Shown: positions 43,201 through 53,425, numbered from the stretch's first letter. The stretch is 64,000 bases of DNA from Clostridiales bacterium (GCA_003343885.1 QAKH01000071.1:7357-71356); one strand, 5' to 3'. Notes: a model not told the origin generated them from the letters alone. Program-made: numbers and translations.

Positions 43201-45164
43201 TGAAAATGAATGGAAAAGATGTGCTTCTCCAGTATATAACACCGGAAAACCGAATGGAATTTGCCAAGCATGATGTTTCTGAAATATACAGGCTTTTGGG
43301 CGAATACCGTGATTTAAAAAATTATATGAATTCCGGTAAAAACAATTCAAATACCGACGAAAACTCAGTGAAGCTTGCCGAGCTTGTGAAGAATATAAGC
43401 AGTACCTTGGCGGAAATTTCTCCGCAAAAGGCTAATAATAAGAATTGGCTGAACAGAGTAATTACCAATGTCTTCAAATTCATTTCCTTTGTGGAATCAG
43501 ATGCGTCTGTTTCGAAAAAATTAACTTATACACGTGCCCGTTTTGCACAGGTCTATTCAGAAAACGAATGTATGCTTGATAAGCTCTCAAATTTGCTTGG
43601 TGCGGATTTTGTTCATATTGAATTTGAAAACGGAGTACTGAATTACGACGGACTTTCAGCCTACTTAAGAAAAGTTGAAGAAAATCTTCCGTCATTGCCC
43701 GAGTGGATGAAATGGCTTGAGGCAAAGAATAAGGCTTATGACTCGCTTTCATCATTTTGTGAATACCTTGAGAATCACGGTGCCGGAGGCGATACTGACA
43801 GAATATTTGCAGCGTCTCTGCTGCTGCCTGCGACGGAATACCTCATACGTAAAAATAAATTTGATGAAAACTATGATTCCGTAAACCGTGCAAAATTCAA
43901 ATACCGTGAGTTAATAACACGTACTGCGGCATTGGCAGCAGTAAATGCAATTGACGCATATAAACAAAGATTAAAACATTATCTTGAAACGGAGAACGTG
44001 TCCTCAGTATCAGACGATGCCGGACTGCCGATAGGTGAGTTTATACTAAAGCACAAGGCAAAACTGTTCCGTTTGTTCCCATGCGTAATTGTCAATTCAC
44101 GGGATACGGGAATTTACTTTGGCGGCGAGTGCGTCGCAGATCATCTGATAGCCTGTGATGAAGGCGAAAGCGGAATGTTAAATACCGGCATAATTTCGTG
44201 TGCGAAAAAAGTGATGATGCTGTCTTTCGGACCGACTCCTGGTTTTGCGGCGCAAATGCTGTTAGACGCCGGTGTTACGAGAGCGGACGTATCTTATCAC
44301 ATATATCCGCTTAACAGAAAGTTGGCGGCATGCTTTGGAGACGGCAAATTTTATAATATGCCGGAGGACGCGTCAACCATTAGTTCAATAACCGTTAACG
44401 GTTACATGAGATGTTCAACTGACCTTGCAAATCCGGCAGAAGCTGAAACTTGCGTATCAAAGGCTGTTGAGCTTGCCGGAAAAAGCGACGGACGTGTGGC
44501 AATATTCTGTTTTACTCATGGACAGTATGCGTATATAAGGCATTTGCTGTGTATCGGAGCGGAAAATGATAAAAAGATAAAAGAACTGCTCGAGCAGCAG
44601 AAAATATGCGTAAGAAGTGTCAACGATATATCTTTCGAGCAGTATGAAAATGTTATCGTTTCTTTTGCGGCGGCACCTGATAAGGAGGGAACTCCGTGCA
44701 GAAGCTCCGGGCTTGGAAACGACAGACAAATCCGAAGCGCAATGTTAAATATTGCGAACGCATGTGCCGGAGGGGATACAATATTTGTCACATCCCTGTC
44801 ATTGAAGGAATGTGCGGATTTTGTGAAAAAGGCGCTTGGAACAGCACAGATGTATATGGCTTTGCTGTTTTCAGCAAGTAAGGTTATACCCATTTCAATT
44901 GCTGACAGCCGGAGTTTTGAAAATCCTCTCTCAAGGCACTTGCTTGGTACATATAAAGACGCTTTTCCCGCTAAAGGAATTTACGATTGCGCGACAGAAG
45001 CTGCAGTGTGTGATGATGGCAGGATAGTAATGTACGATTGCTCCGGTTCTGACGATATACTTGACCGGCTTGCCGTCTGTGAGATGATAGAACGCTCCGG
45101 GACAAAGTGCGAGTGCGTTTCTCCGCTCGAAACCGTATTAAAAGAGGTAAAAGGGAAAAAATAG
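40218..45164 (+). CDS. 1648-aa cytoplasmic DUF4011/Upf1-like (AAA_11/AAA_12) helicase-fold protein with degenerate catalytic motifs
   Basis: RBS GAAGGAGAG. The layout is colinear with DUF4011-type SF1 helicases as I recall them: YLPLAFYKVKL (aa 505-515), VLVASENDEFLECVRKELEISGLSEAVICLNKYG (motif Ia region) and NPAEAE...VAIFCFTHGQ. Walker A reads ITGSSVKEK (42222-42248), and the motif III and HYRS positions are also non-canonical. Confidence 0.7.
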   Translation: MTNGYSNLKPSISVEASPIYSASIASSGVSPVISVIISELPEKEFDLSVSIVGKSAGTVFIQTGERNFERTCTDTYDRQGKNRLIIRFEQGDFEINREYLYNLYNIESAQIASLTAKVTIGIKEYQAETEIKLAPAYEWQGIEYHPESLASYICSTESGVAELAAPAREIQEREQKLRALVKNIRAKNIICAARDSYSPERRQSIKSHDVLLARGTVVATPMELAVLFCACAEYLDLLPVLVFSTNMTGNVSMFCGVRSSRCSVTSAVFESLSALRGAIQKGEIALFDPALLASAQNMDPVMACQLAGEYFKKLTTRLVLGIDIENSRLSGVSPMYAEKNGSNKTTAAPKDTLAKIYANLSENRILDMLAGVYTCWDIIPLLGKLESDSLYCNVSDKEAARTIKPLEISDKISAFAGISDNFASFALREEKSSSYNKSEMEAVSLKYANFREKISQKSCEIAGLYEKKFHETASRMCFGNTKENQNYMICGFMRITRRETGNTRYLPLAFYKVKLWKEYDYFYSFVSDQPVINTVLVNYLSGSALHKEFAGCKTPSDVFMQFENLASFARKKHQAEFSDVCVIYERALIKADFSEYFLRNDIKAHASKMLKNSNYELILARGAKSNPANRENKADDVDAGQKNSSERAYVRFAPKHIKNILQNSDNCVITGSSVKEKIDVAVNRAALSFSNGETVLVASENDEFLECVRKELEISGLSEAVICLNKYGSTDELVKAMLERIEKAEQWERNASAPEVLSSEFSDIADKLKKYGNALTAPDKDVCISPIDAAASYYSAAGKCGCMDLLDVEKSAFEEFTAAKLNKLFELAEKLINTCSSAMISAGMSESQPLKTHPLFALSPEKMPEREELSQASDLIYRILPVLSEYRETFLDISDKLGFSINELSNAGNLLALNELYRLIISARELDIPSDFEKSDIHSFADGTGELQRNKNRMEAIEYQLKFFSPEIFEDVGAILSGNEAPAREQSGFLKRFLVKMNGKDVLLQYITPENRMEFAKHDVSEIYRLLGEYRDLKNYMNSGKNNSNTDENSVKLAELVKNISSTLAEISPQKANNKNWLNRVITNVFKFISFVESDASVSKKLTYTRARFAQVYSENECMLDKLSNLLGADFVHIEFENGVLNYDGLSAYLRKVEENLPSLPEWMKWLEAKNKAYDSLSSFCEYLENHGAGGDTDRIFAASLLLPATEYLIRKNKFDENYDSVNRAKFKYRELITRTAALAAVNAIDAYKQRLKHYLETENVSSVSDDAGLPIGEFILKHKAKLFRLFPCVIVNSRDTGIYFGGECVADHLIACDEGESGMLNTGIISCAKKVMMLSFGPTPGFAAQMLLDAGVTRADVSYHIYPLNRKLAACFGDGKFYNMPEDASTISSITVNGYMRCSTDLANPAEAETCVSKAVELAGKSDGRVAIFCFTHGQYAYIRHLLCIGAENDKKIKELLEQQKICVRSVNDISFEQYENVIVSFAAAPDKEGTPCRSSGLGNDRQIRSAMLNIANACAGGDTIFVTSLSLKECADFVKKALGTAQMYMALLFSASKVIPISIADSRSFENPLSRHLLGTYKDAFPAKGIYDCATEAAVCDDGRIVMYDCSGSDDILDRLAVCEMIERSGTKCECVSPLETVLKEVKGKK

Positions 45165-45179
45165 GAAAGGATGTGCAGC

Positions 45180-46199
45180 ATGCCTGTTATTCGGGGAAGC
45201 CTTGTCGGAATTGATCTCGGCACGGCGAATTGCCTTGTTTGCACTAAGGAAAAAGGAATAGTAATACGAGAACCGTCAGTTGTCAGCTATGATCTCGGTT
45301 CTGACAGAGTGCTTGCCATCGGTACCGAAGCCAAGCGGATGATTGGCAAAACTCCGTACGGCATAACAACGGTCAGACCGTTAAAGGACGGCGTTATTGC
45401 AGATTTTGAGCTCACACTGGTAATGATGAAAATGTTTATAAAAAGAGCTATGCATTCGTCCATTATTTCCCGTCCTCATGTCATAGTATGTATTCCGTAC
45501 GGGATTACCGAGGTCGAGCAGAGAGCTGTTGAGAATGCAGCTGTTGAGGCTGGAGCATCAGGCGTGTCGCTGATTGACGAGCCGGTTGCAGCGGCAATAG
45601 GAGCAGGACTGCCGATAAGACAGTGCAAGGGAAATATGATTGTGGATATCGGAGGTGGAACTACTGAGGTTGCGGTGGTAACGGCAGGAGGCGTTGCGGT
45701 ATCAAAATCCTTGAGAGTTGCCGGCGACAGCTGCGACAAAGCAATAGCAGAGTATATAAGAAAGAAATTCAATGTTCTTATTGGAGAAACTACGGCTGAG
45801 GAAATAAAAACGGAAATAGGTTCTGTGCATCCTTCAACCGACATAGGTATGCTCGAAGTCAGGGGAAGAAATCTTGCAACAGGGCTTCCATCTGTTTTCA
45901 ATATATATTCACGCGAAATCAATGAAGCAATATCGTCGCCGATAAACGCAATAGTGGACGTAATAAAGTCTACGCTCGAAGCAACTCCTCCCGAACTTTG
46001 CTCCGATCTTTACGACAACGGAATGACTATTTCCGGTGGAGGCGCTTTACTTGCAGGTTTTCCGTTACTTCTTCAGGAAAGAACCGGTTTACCGGTGACA
46101 GTAGCCAAACATCCGCTTGACTGTGTTGCAGACGGCATACTCAAGGTTATGAGCTCTTCGGTTTTCAGAGGAGTTCTTAAAGAAGTTAAGAAAATATAA
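45180..46199 (+). CDS. mreB: MreB/Mbl family actin-like protein
   Basis: Contains GIDLGTAN, RPLKDGVIADF, EPVAAAIGAG and DIGGGTTEVAV. ATG 45180 lies 9 nt after the RBS GGAAAGGA, and the track start at 45171 overlaps that RBS. Confidence 0.9.
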   Translation: MPVIRGSLVGIDLGTANCLVCTKEKGIVIREPSVVSYDLGSDRVLAIGTEAKRMIGKTPYGITTVRPLKDGVIADFELTLVMMKMFIKRAMHSSIISRPHVIVCIPYGITEVEQRAVENAAVEAGASGVSLIDEPVAAAIGAGLPIRQCKGNMIVDIGGGTTEVAVVTAGGVAVSKSLRVAGDSCDKAIAEYIRKKFNVLIGETTAEEIKTEIGSVHPSTDIGMLEVRGRNLATGLPSVFNIYSREINEAISSPINAIVDVIKSTLEATPPELCSDLYDNGMTISGGGALLAGFPLLLQERTGLPVTVAKHPLDCVADGILKVMSSSVFRGVLKEVKKI

Positions 46200-46279
46200 T
46201 AATTTTAAGTAATTTAAGAAATTAAACAAAATAAATAATTAAATAATTTTATAATTTTTATAATATAGGAGATAGAAAA

Positions 46280-47941
46280 ATGAACAAACTCAAAAAAATC
46301 CAGTTTAAAAGCAACAACGAATTTCTTTCGGAACGTCCTGTTTTTGTGATCGTAATGGATGGTGTTGGTATTGCTCCTGAATCCGAAGGCAATGCGGTTA
46401 AAAACGCGAAAACACCTACGCTTGATATGCTCATGCAAAAATACCCGATGCTTAAGCTTAAGGCGCACGGCACAGCTGTCGGACTTCCCAGTGACGACGA
46501 CATGGGTAACTCCGAAGTCGGTCACAATGCTCTTGGCGCCGGCCAGGTTTTTGCTCAGGGCGCAAAACTTGTCTCAAATTCAATAGAGAGCGGTAAGATG
46601 TTTGAATCAAAGGCATGGAATGAGGTTGTATCGGTAAAAGATACCGGTAAAACTCTCCATTTTATAGGATTGTTTTCCGACGGTAACGTTCATTCTCATA
46701 TAGATCATCTTAAAGCAATGATTGAAAGAAGCAAAAAGGACGGAGTAAAGACCGTAAGAATCCATATACTTTTAGACGGAAGGGATGTAGGAGAAACATC
46801 AGCACTCGACTATGTAAACCCATTTGAAGAGTTTTTGGCTCAGCTTAATTCTGACGGATTTGACGCGAAAATCGCTTCCGGCGGCGGAAGAATGAATATC
46901 ACCATGGATAGATATGAAGCAAACTGGTCAATGGTTGAAAAGGGATGGAAGACTCATGTCCTCGGAGAGGGAAGACAGTTTGAGAGCGCAGCGGAAGCAA
47001 TAGAAACATACCGTAAGGAGCTTTCCTGCATTGACCAAGACCTTCCTCCTTTTGTCATAGCTAAGGATGGAAAACCGGTAGGCAAAATTACCGACGGCGA
47101 CAGCGTTGTATTTTATAATTTCCGCGGCGACAGAGCCATAGAAATATCAAGAGCTTTCGAGGAAGAGAATTTTGATAAGTTTGACCGTGTTGTGTTCCCG
47201 AAGGTGACATATGCAGGTATGCTCGAATATGACGGAGATCTGCACATCCCGTCCCGCTACCTTGTAAGCCCTCCTGAAATTACAGGCACAATGGGAGAAT
47301 TTCTCGCAAATACGGGAGTTACACAGTACGCACTCTCAGAAACGCAGAAATTCGGCCATGTTACCTATTTCTGGAACGGAAATAAGAGCGGAAAGTTTGA
47401 TGAGCAAACAGAGCTGTATGAAGAAATAAAGTCAGATATTGTTCCGTTTGAGCAAAGACCGTGGATGAAGTGTGCACAGATAACCGACAGACTTATTGAG
47501 GTTGCAAATGAAGGCAAATTTCGCTTTATGAGAGTAAACTTCCCAAATGGAGATATGGTTGGCCATACCGGTAACTATCTTGCAACTGTCGTTTCCATGG
47601 AAGCGCTTGATTTGTGCCTTGCAAGAATAATTGAAGCGATAGACAAAGTCAAAGGCGTTGCAATAATTACGGCTGACCACGGAAACGCTGATGAAATGTA
47701 TGAAATGGATAAGAAAACCGGACTTCCCAAGAAAGACAAGGAAGGACACTATAAGGCTAAAACTAGCCATACTCTTAATCCTGTACCATGCATAATTTAT
47801 GATAACTTTGGTTCTGACAGCTATACTGTTAAGCAGTCTGATAATTACGGACTTTCAAACGTCGCTGCAACAGTTGTAAATCTGATGGGATATGAGGCAC
47901 CTGACTTCTGGGACAGCAGTATGATAGAGATAAACAAGTAA
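46280..47941 (+). CDS. gpmI: 2,3-bisphosphoglycerate-independent phosphoglycerate mutase (long ~550-aa form)
   Basis: Contains [28 protein letters not shown] and ADHGNADEM. Confidence 0.93.
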   Translation: MNKLKKIQFKSNNEFLSERPVFVIVMDGVGIAPESEGNAVKNAKTPTLDMLMQKYPMLKLKAHGTAVGLPSDDDMGNSEVGHNALGAGQVFAQGAKLVSNSIESGKMFESKAWNEVVSVKDTGKTLHFIGLFSDGNVHSHIDHLKAMIERSKKDGVKTVRIHILLDGRDVGETSALDYVNPFEEFLAQLNSDGFDAKIASGGGRMNITMDRYEANWSMVEKGWKTHVLGEGRQFESAAEAIETYRKELSCIDQDLPPFVIAKDGKPVGKITDGDSVVFYNFRGDRAIEISRAFEEENFDKFDRVVFPKVTYAGMLEYDGDLHIPSRYLVSPPEITGTMGEFLANTGVTQYALSETQKFGHVTYFWNGNKSGKFDEQTELYEEIKSDIVPFEQRPWMKCAQITDRLIEVANEGKFRFMRVNFPNGDMVGHTGNYLATVVSMEALDLCLARIIEAIDKVKGVAIITADHGNADEMYEMDKKTGLPKKDKEGHYKAKTSHTLNPVPCIIYDNFGSDSYTVKQSDNYGLSNVAATVVNLMGYEAPDFWDSSMIEINK

Positions 47942-48053
47942 TTTAATAATTTTATTATTGATTAAGCCGTATCGTCTAAAATGGACGGTGCGGCTTGTAA
48001 GTAAATAAGCAAAAACTGATATTGTCTTGAAAAAAATGAGGAAGTGAGTAAAA

Positions 48054-49514
48054 ATGAAAAGAAACGTCTGCTTTGTTTTGTCTGCCTGTGCTTTTATGTT
48101 TTTGCAGTTGTTTGTATTTGCTGAAAATATTAACATAGACTATGCTGTGGAATCATCGCTTGAATACGGTGCCGACGTGCAGGAACCGATTGAAGTACAT
48201 ACGTCAAATGTTCTTGAGGGAGAAGGAACCGAAGAATCGCCGTACATAATATCAAATTTGGCTGATTTCTTGTTTTTTGGTGAAAAGGTGAATTCCGGCG
48301 ATCCAGATTATTTTTCGGCTTGCTATCTTCAAACAGACCATATCAAGGTTCTTGACGCCGGATTAGTACCGATAGGAACTCTTGAATATCCGTTTTGCGG
48401 AGTTTATGACGGAAACGGATATAGTATAAGTTATACTTTGACTGCCGAGACAAGTACTGCAAATTACGGGCTGTTCGGTGTGGCGAAAAATGCGTCTTTT
48501 AAAAATCTTTCTGTTTTTGCCGACGTATATTCTGTATACAGTGATTCCGAAGAAGCGGCGGCAGCCTTGTTGTGCGCAAGATACTTGTCCGACAAGAGTG
48601 CAGAGTTTGCAATAAGTAATTGTTATGCAAAAGGAAATCTTAGACTCGTGTCAGACAGCACCGTTTCGTTTGCAGGAGGTCTTGTAGGCAGAATTAATAT
48701 TGGCAGCGGAAAGCTTGTGATTTCTGACTGTGCATCTGACGTAAGCGTGTTTTCACAAGCTAAAAATATCGGATACGCCGCAGGAATAGCAGGCTGTGTT
48801 TCAGCAAGTTCAAAGGGCGTTGCTCAGATTTTGCAGTGTTTCAGTACAAATAAGGTTGAAGCACACGGAAACAGCGTTTATGCATATGCAGGCGGAATAA
48901 CAGGGTACTTTATGCAGGATCCCAAAGGCTGGACGGATTGGTATACTTTGAGTTCGGCAGAAAGTACGCAATTAAGCATGTCTTGCTGTATTTCCGACTG
49001 CGAACTTGTTTCACAGGGCAAGTTTAAAGGTTATATCGGCGGAATTTCGGCATATATCCACGACGAAATGAAATACGATAAATTGTATTTTACAGGTGTC
49101 CAGATAACTCCTACTTCTATGTCGGTTAACGGAGAAATCAAGAATAAAGGTGAAGTTTTTGAAAATGCTTTTCTGACAACAGATTTGAACTTTGATTTGC
49201 TTAATACGTGGACGCTGGTTCAGGGAGAGAGATTATTTATATCAAATAACTGCCCAGAGCTCTTTTCGTATGTAAATCAAGAAACGGGAGAAATAAGTGT
49301 TTGCCCTGTTAACAGTGAAGCAGGAAAGCTGATAGTTTCATTTTACAGTGCTGACGGACGTTATCTGAGAAGTAAAGTGTTTGATTTTAACGGAACAAAC
49401 GGAAGCGTATTTTCTGCTGCGGCAGCTTCCGGAACAAAATATGTAAAAACTTACCTTCTTGATGCAGTGACTGTAAAACCGCTTTCGGAAAATTCCACAT
49501 TGACTGTCGGTTAA
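48054..49514 (+). CDS. secreted GLUG-motif-like protein, paralog A
   Basis: It has a signal peptide plus G..ESPYII.....F and YPFCGVYDGNGYSI. FAGGLVG and YAGGITG repeats are also present. Confidence 0.6.
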   Translation: MKRNVCFVLSACAFMFLQLFVFAENINIDYAVESSLEYGADVQEPIEVHTSNVLEGEGTEESPYIISNLADFLFFGEKVNSGDPDYFSACYLQTDHIKVLDAGLVPIGTLEYPFCGVYDGNGYSISYTLTAETSTANYGLFGVAKNASFKNLSVFADVYSVYSDSEEAAAALLCARYLSDKSAEFAISNCYAKGNLRLVSDSTVSFAGGLVGRINIGSGKLVISDCASDVSVFSQAKNIGYAAGIAGCVSASSKGVAQILQCFSTNKVEAHGNSVYAYAGGITGYFMQDPKGWTDWYTLSSAESTQLSMSCCISDCELVSQGKFKGYIGGISAYIHDEMKYDKLYFTGVQITPTSMSVNGEIKNKGEVFENAFLTTDLNFDLLNTWTLVQGERLFISNNCPELFSYVNQETGEISVCPVNSEAGKLIVSFYSADGRYLRSKVFDFNGTNGSVFSAAAASGTKYVKTYLLDAVTVKPLSENSTLTVG

Positions 49515-49543
49515 TCGGCACAGTTAATCAGTAGGGTGAAAAA

Positions 49544-51010
49544 ATGACAGTAAAATTAATAGGCACCGTTAAATATTTTGTCCCTTGTATTCTGATTTTT
49601 ATGTTCTTAACAGTTGCGGTTACAGCTTCAGAAACAGCGATTGGCAATGCTCCGATAGCCTTGCAGGGAAACTTTGCGCCGGCGCAAGATCCGGAAGTGC
49701 TTCAAGGAAGCGGCACGAGAGAAGATCCGTTTATAATTTCAGATACTGATGATTTCCTGTACTTTGCTTATCAGGTTAATTCCGTAAGTTCTCTTTACTC
49801 GAACGCATGCTATAAACAAACCGGAGACGTTATTATCTCGGATAGTTTGTATAATCCGGTCGGAACACATCAGTTCCCGTTTTGCGGAGATTATGACGGA
49901 GATGGAAATTATACCGAATTAAATATTTCTGACAGTAATTCGCAAGTTGCCGCATTATTTGGGTACGCTGAAAATGCAAATTTTAAAAATATGCAAATAA
50001 ACGTTTGTATAGACGTGCAAAATTCAACCGGTGAGATTGTTGCCGCCGGATTGTGCGGAGATTACTTGGCGGATGAGCTTGGAAACACGTTTGAAATAAG
50101 TAAAATAAGCGTAACAGGAAATGTAAAGTCTGTAAGCGGAGAATCTATTGCTGTATCAGCAGGAGTTGTCGGAAGAGTACACGTTCAAAAAGGTAAGCTT
50201 CTGTTTTCCGATTGTGTGTCACATTGTTCAGCTTATGCAGAAGCAAAAACCACTGCATATGCGTCAGGAATTGCAAGCCATGTAGCGGCAGAATCGACCG
50301 GAGTTGCTTCTTTCGTAAGATGTGCTGTTACATCGGAGGTTTCCTCAAAATCCGGACAGTATTATCATTCTTTTGCCGGAGGAATTGCCGGTTATTTTAC
50401 TCAGGATCCTGAGGGCTGGTCCGGATGGGTAAGCACAAAGGTCTTTTTGGCGGAATCTTCAAATTACAACTTGGAGAATTGCCTTGCTGAGTGTACCATT
50501 GAGAGCACTGCATCGAATCCGTTGTTTGTACACATTGGTCAAATCGCTGCGTTTGTTTCTGAAGGCGTGCAGATAAACAAAAACAGTTTGTTTTATACTG
50601 CAGGTACGCAGATGCCGGATTGCTCAAATGCTGTTAACGGTACTTTTACTGATAAGAAGCAGCTTTTTGATACAGAGTTTCTCTTCTCGGTTCTCGGCTT
50701 TGATTTTGAAAATGTGTGGATAAATATCAATGGACAAAGACTGGAGCTGATAAGTCAAAATGGCTGGTTATATAAGGAGATTACAGATAATACGGCATTA
50801 ATACAACCCGTTAATTGCGCTGCCGGAAATTTAGTAGTTTCTTTTGTTGACGAAAACGGAAGAATTACGGATATTAAAGTGTTTGACTATGATCCGGCTT
50901 CGAATGTTTTTGTGAAAATTGATTTAACTGAATATGGCTCTGTATCAGACCTAAGGACATTCCTGCTCCAAGACGGTACACTTATGCCGCTTGCCAGAAA
51001 AATCTCTTGA
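49544..51010 (+). CDS. secreted GLUG-motif-like protein, paralog B
   Basis: Colinear with paralog A: GTREDPFII, FPFCGDYDGDGNY, SAGVVG and FAGGIAG. Confidence 0.6.
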   Translation: MTVKLIGTVKYFVPCILIFMFLTVAVTASETAIGNAPIALQGNFAPAQDPEVLQGSGTREDPFIISDTDDFLYFAYQVNSVSSLYSNACYKQTGDVIISDSLYNPVGTHQFPFCGDYDGDGNYTELNISDSNSQVAALFGYAENANFKNMQINVCIDVQNSTGEIVAAGLCGDYLADELGNTFEISKISVTGNVKSVSGESIAVSAGVVGRVHVQKGKLLFSDCVSHCSAYAEAKTTAYASGIASHVAAESTGVASFVRCAVTSEVSSKSGQYYHSFAGGIAGYFTQDPEGWSGWVSTKVFLAESSNYNLENCLAECTIESTASNPLFVHIGQIAAFVSEGVQINKNSLFYTAGTQMPDCSNAVNGTFTDKKQLFDTEFLFSVLGFDFENVWININGQRLELISQNGWLYKEITDNTALIQPVNCAAGNLVVSFVDENGRITDIKVFDYDPASNVFVKIDLTEYGSVSDLRTFLLQDGTLMPLARKIS

Positions 51011-51022
51011 ATTTGCTGTAAA

Positions 51023-51076
51023 AACAGCCCGGGCAGACTGCTTGATAATGCAGTATGTTCGGGCTGTTATTTTTTA
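51023..51076. terminator. bidirectional intrinsic terminator between convergent genes
   Basis: Stem AACAGCCCG / CGGGCTGTT (51023-51031 / 51060-51068) followed by a 6-T run. Confidence 0.75.
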
Positions 51077-51097
51077 TAAATTCATATTTTCGGGTTA

Positions 51098-53425
51098 TCA
51101 GATGTTTTCAATTTCAAACACTGCGTTAACGGCAAGATTAAAGCCGAGCATTTTTACAAAGTATTTCTGATCAGCATCATTGTTAATTGCATACATTCTG
51201 TAAGCAGGCGTACCAAATTTTTCATACAGGTGACAGCCGTTAAGCTTAGAAATTAAGCAGTATCTGTTTTGAACAAAGTGGTCAAGCTTCCAGAGCTGTG
51301 CGTCGGACTCTGTTTTGTCAGCAAACGAAACTACCGTGTCAGGAGTATCGTTAGGAGCTGTGAGATATTTTCCGTCTTCCGTACGTATACGCCAGAAATC
51401 GTTGTCAGCTTTTTCAAATACAAATTTTTGGCGGATGTTTTTATCAATATCTCCTGCCAAATTTCCATTTTCATCGGCAAAGCAATATTTTTTATTATGC
51501 GTATTTCTGCTTATAAGTGAAACGGGTTTTGTAAAATCAACGCTCCAATAATCTTTTTCAGCAAGCCATGCCGTCATCATTGAATCACGTCCCCATGTCT
51601 TTCCGGCGCTTGCGTAATCTACCATCGTTATACATGTGCCGTCACGCATGGGTATCTTATACTCCATGTCAACTTCAAACCTTGCCGAGTCTGAAGGCTT
51701 AACTTCGACAAATCCGTCCTTATCCTCGGCTACATTTACAACAGTATCAACCTGTTCGCCAAGACGCGCGTCTCTTGCAAGCACTACCGGACCTTTAAAG
51801 AGCGCAACGTGGTAAGCTCCGCTTCCGTCTATACCCTTTGTTCTGAAGGTGCGCACACGAACGTCAAGTTCAATGTCTATTACGTCACCGTCTGCCCATT
51901 CTCTGTCAATTACACAGTATCCCGCACCGTCGCACAGAACTTCACTATTATTTACACTGACTTTTGCGGTTTTACTAAATGACGGAATACGCACGCCTAT
52001 CTTAAATTTCTCACTTGCGGCGCCTGTGACAGTCAGTTTTACGCTGCCGCCGTTGGGGTAGGATGTTTCAAGCTTTATTGTAAAGTTCTTTCCTCCGGGA
52101 GTCTGCGGATAATATAGTCCGGGTATATACAGATTTACGTATACTCCGTCCATGGAAAGCATCATGGAGCTTAACGGAATGAGTGCGGTACCTGCTGAGC
52201 CTATGCATGCGCAGCAACCGTAAACGCCCTGCTTCATAACTTTATATCCGCCTGTTGAGCGTGCGCGTGTTCCGTAAAGCAGCGGACTGTAACTGTCAAA
52301 AGGAAAACCTGCGAGCACACCCTTTATTTTCTCGCTGTTCACAGCGCCGAGCATTGCGTTATATGCGGATTGCTCAATACAGTCAGCGAAAATACTGTCT
52401 CCGGTAAGTGACAGGAGCTGATTGCAGAATTTTATCCAGGTAACAGTTACGCAGGTTTCCTGGACAATACCGCCATACTGCAAGTTTAGCTGATTTTCTG
52501 TCGAATTATCAAACAGCTCGTGAGTACATCCGGCACTTCCGATTACCGTAATATCGGTTTTCATAACTCTTTTTGCGTAATTAACGGCTGCAACTTTATA
52601 TTTTTCTATTCCTGTTACACGGTAATATTCAATAAGCCCCTCAAAGCAGCTCATCATTTCGTATGCTTTTACTACCTTATACTCAAACGGATCAAGCTTA
52701 TCTTCGTAAGCTGCTTCAAATATGTTCTCCTCACTTGCTCCGCCGCATTCAACTATGTATGCAGAAAAGTCCAAGTACTTCTTTTCGCCGGTTATGTTAT
52801 AAAGTCTCATAAACGGCTCAAGTATAGAACTTGAATTTACGCCATACCAGTTTCTTGTACACTTTGTAATGAGTTTCTTGCCTTCCGACTCATATCCGAT
52901 ATGATCCATGATATAATCCGCATGAGCGCAGATTGCCTTTATTATTCGCTGTTTAAGGTCGCTGTCCTTACAGATGTCAAGAAAATACTCAAATCCCAAA
53001 AGAATATACTTTCTTCCCCACAGATCCCAGCCGTCAAATTCCTTTTCGACGCTGTAAGTTGAAAATCTGCCGGAGGGCTGTTGGGCTGTAAGCATATCCA
53101 AAACGGTTTCAGTAAGTGCCAAGTACAGCTGTTTGTCCAGGGTGTACTGGTATGTAAAAACGGAGCCTCTCATCATTTTGCCCCAGTATTCGCTTCTCCA
53201 ACCCAAATCGTCGTCATCAACATTGCTTCTGAACTGTTCTACAAACATTCTCCATGTGTCGGCATTTGTAAGATATTCATCCTGAACAAACCTTGCCGCA
53301 CGGTCAAAAGAGCCTTTACAGTCAAAAGCTCCGTCAGGCATTCTGAACAATACGTCCGTTTTAAGGCGCGGTGAATAAGATGTGTTTTCCGCACACATCG
53401 CTCTGATAGCAGTATTTTTCATCAT
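51098..53425 (-). CDS. GH127-like (DUF1680 / beta-L-arabinofuranosidase family) protein with a C-terminal ricin-type trefoil-like tail
   Basis: 775 aa. The size, the ETC.T and GCCAC blocks and an (alpha/alpha)6-like N-half fit my recollection of DUF1680. The tail carries QKFVFEK and AQLWKLD (QxW-like). No signal peptide is present. Confidence 0.6.
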   Translation of the reverse strand: MMKNTAIRAMCAENTSYSPRLKTDVLFRMPDGAFDCKGSFDRAARFVQDEYLTNADTWRMFVEQFRSNVDDDDLGWRSEYWGKMMRGSVFTYQYTLDKQLYLALTETVLDMLTAQQPSGRFSTYSVEKEFDGWDLWGRKYILLGFEYFLDICKDSDLKQRIIKAICAHADYIMDHIGYESEGKKLITKCTRNWYGVNSSSILEPFMRLYNITGEKKYLDFSAYIVECGGASEENIFEAAYEDKLDPFEYKVVKAYEMMSCFEGLIEYYRVTGIEKYKVAAVNYAKRVMKTDITVIGSAGCTHELFDNSTENQLNLQYGGIVQETCVTVTWIKFCNQLLSLTGDSIFADCIEQSAYNAMLGAVNSEKIKGVLAGFPFDSYSPLLYGTRARSTGGYKVMKQGVYGCCACIGSAGTALIPLSSMMLSMDGVYVNLYIPGLYYPQTPGGKNFTIKLETSYPNGGSVKLTVTGAASEKFKIGVRIPSFSKTAKVSVNNSEVLCDGAGYCVIDREWADGDVIDIELDVRVRTFRTKGIDGSGAYHVALFKGPVVLARDARLGEQVDTVVNVAEDKDGFVEVKPSDSARFEVDMEYKIPMRDGTCITMVDYASAGKTWGRDSMMTAWLAEKDYWSVDFTKPVSLISRNTHNKKYCFADENGNLAGDIDKNIRQKFVFEKADNDFWRIRTEDGKYLTAPNDTPDTVVSFADKTESDAQLWKLDHFVQNRYCLISKLNGCHLYEKFGTPAYRMYAINNDADQKYFVKMLGFNLAVNAVFEIENI

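Noticed and set aside
42059-43350. Minus-strand ORFs of 158, 146 and 124 aa inside the 1648-aa gene
   Set aside because: These are antisense shadow ORFs with no RBS and low-complexity Ser-rich translations.
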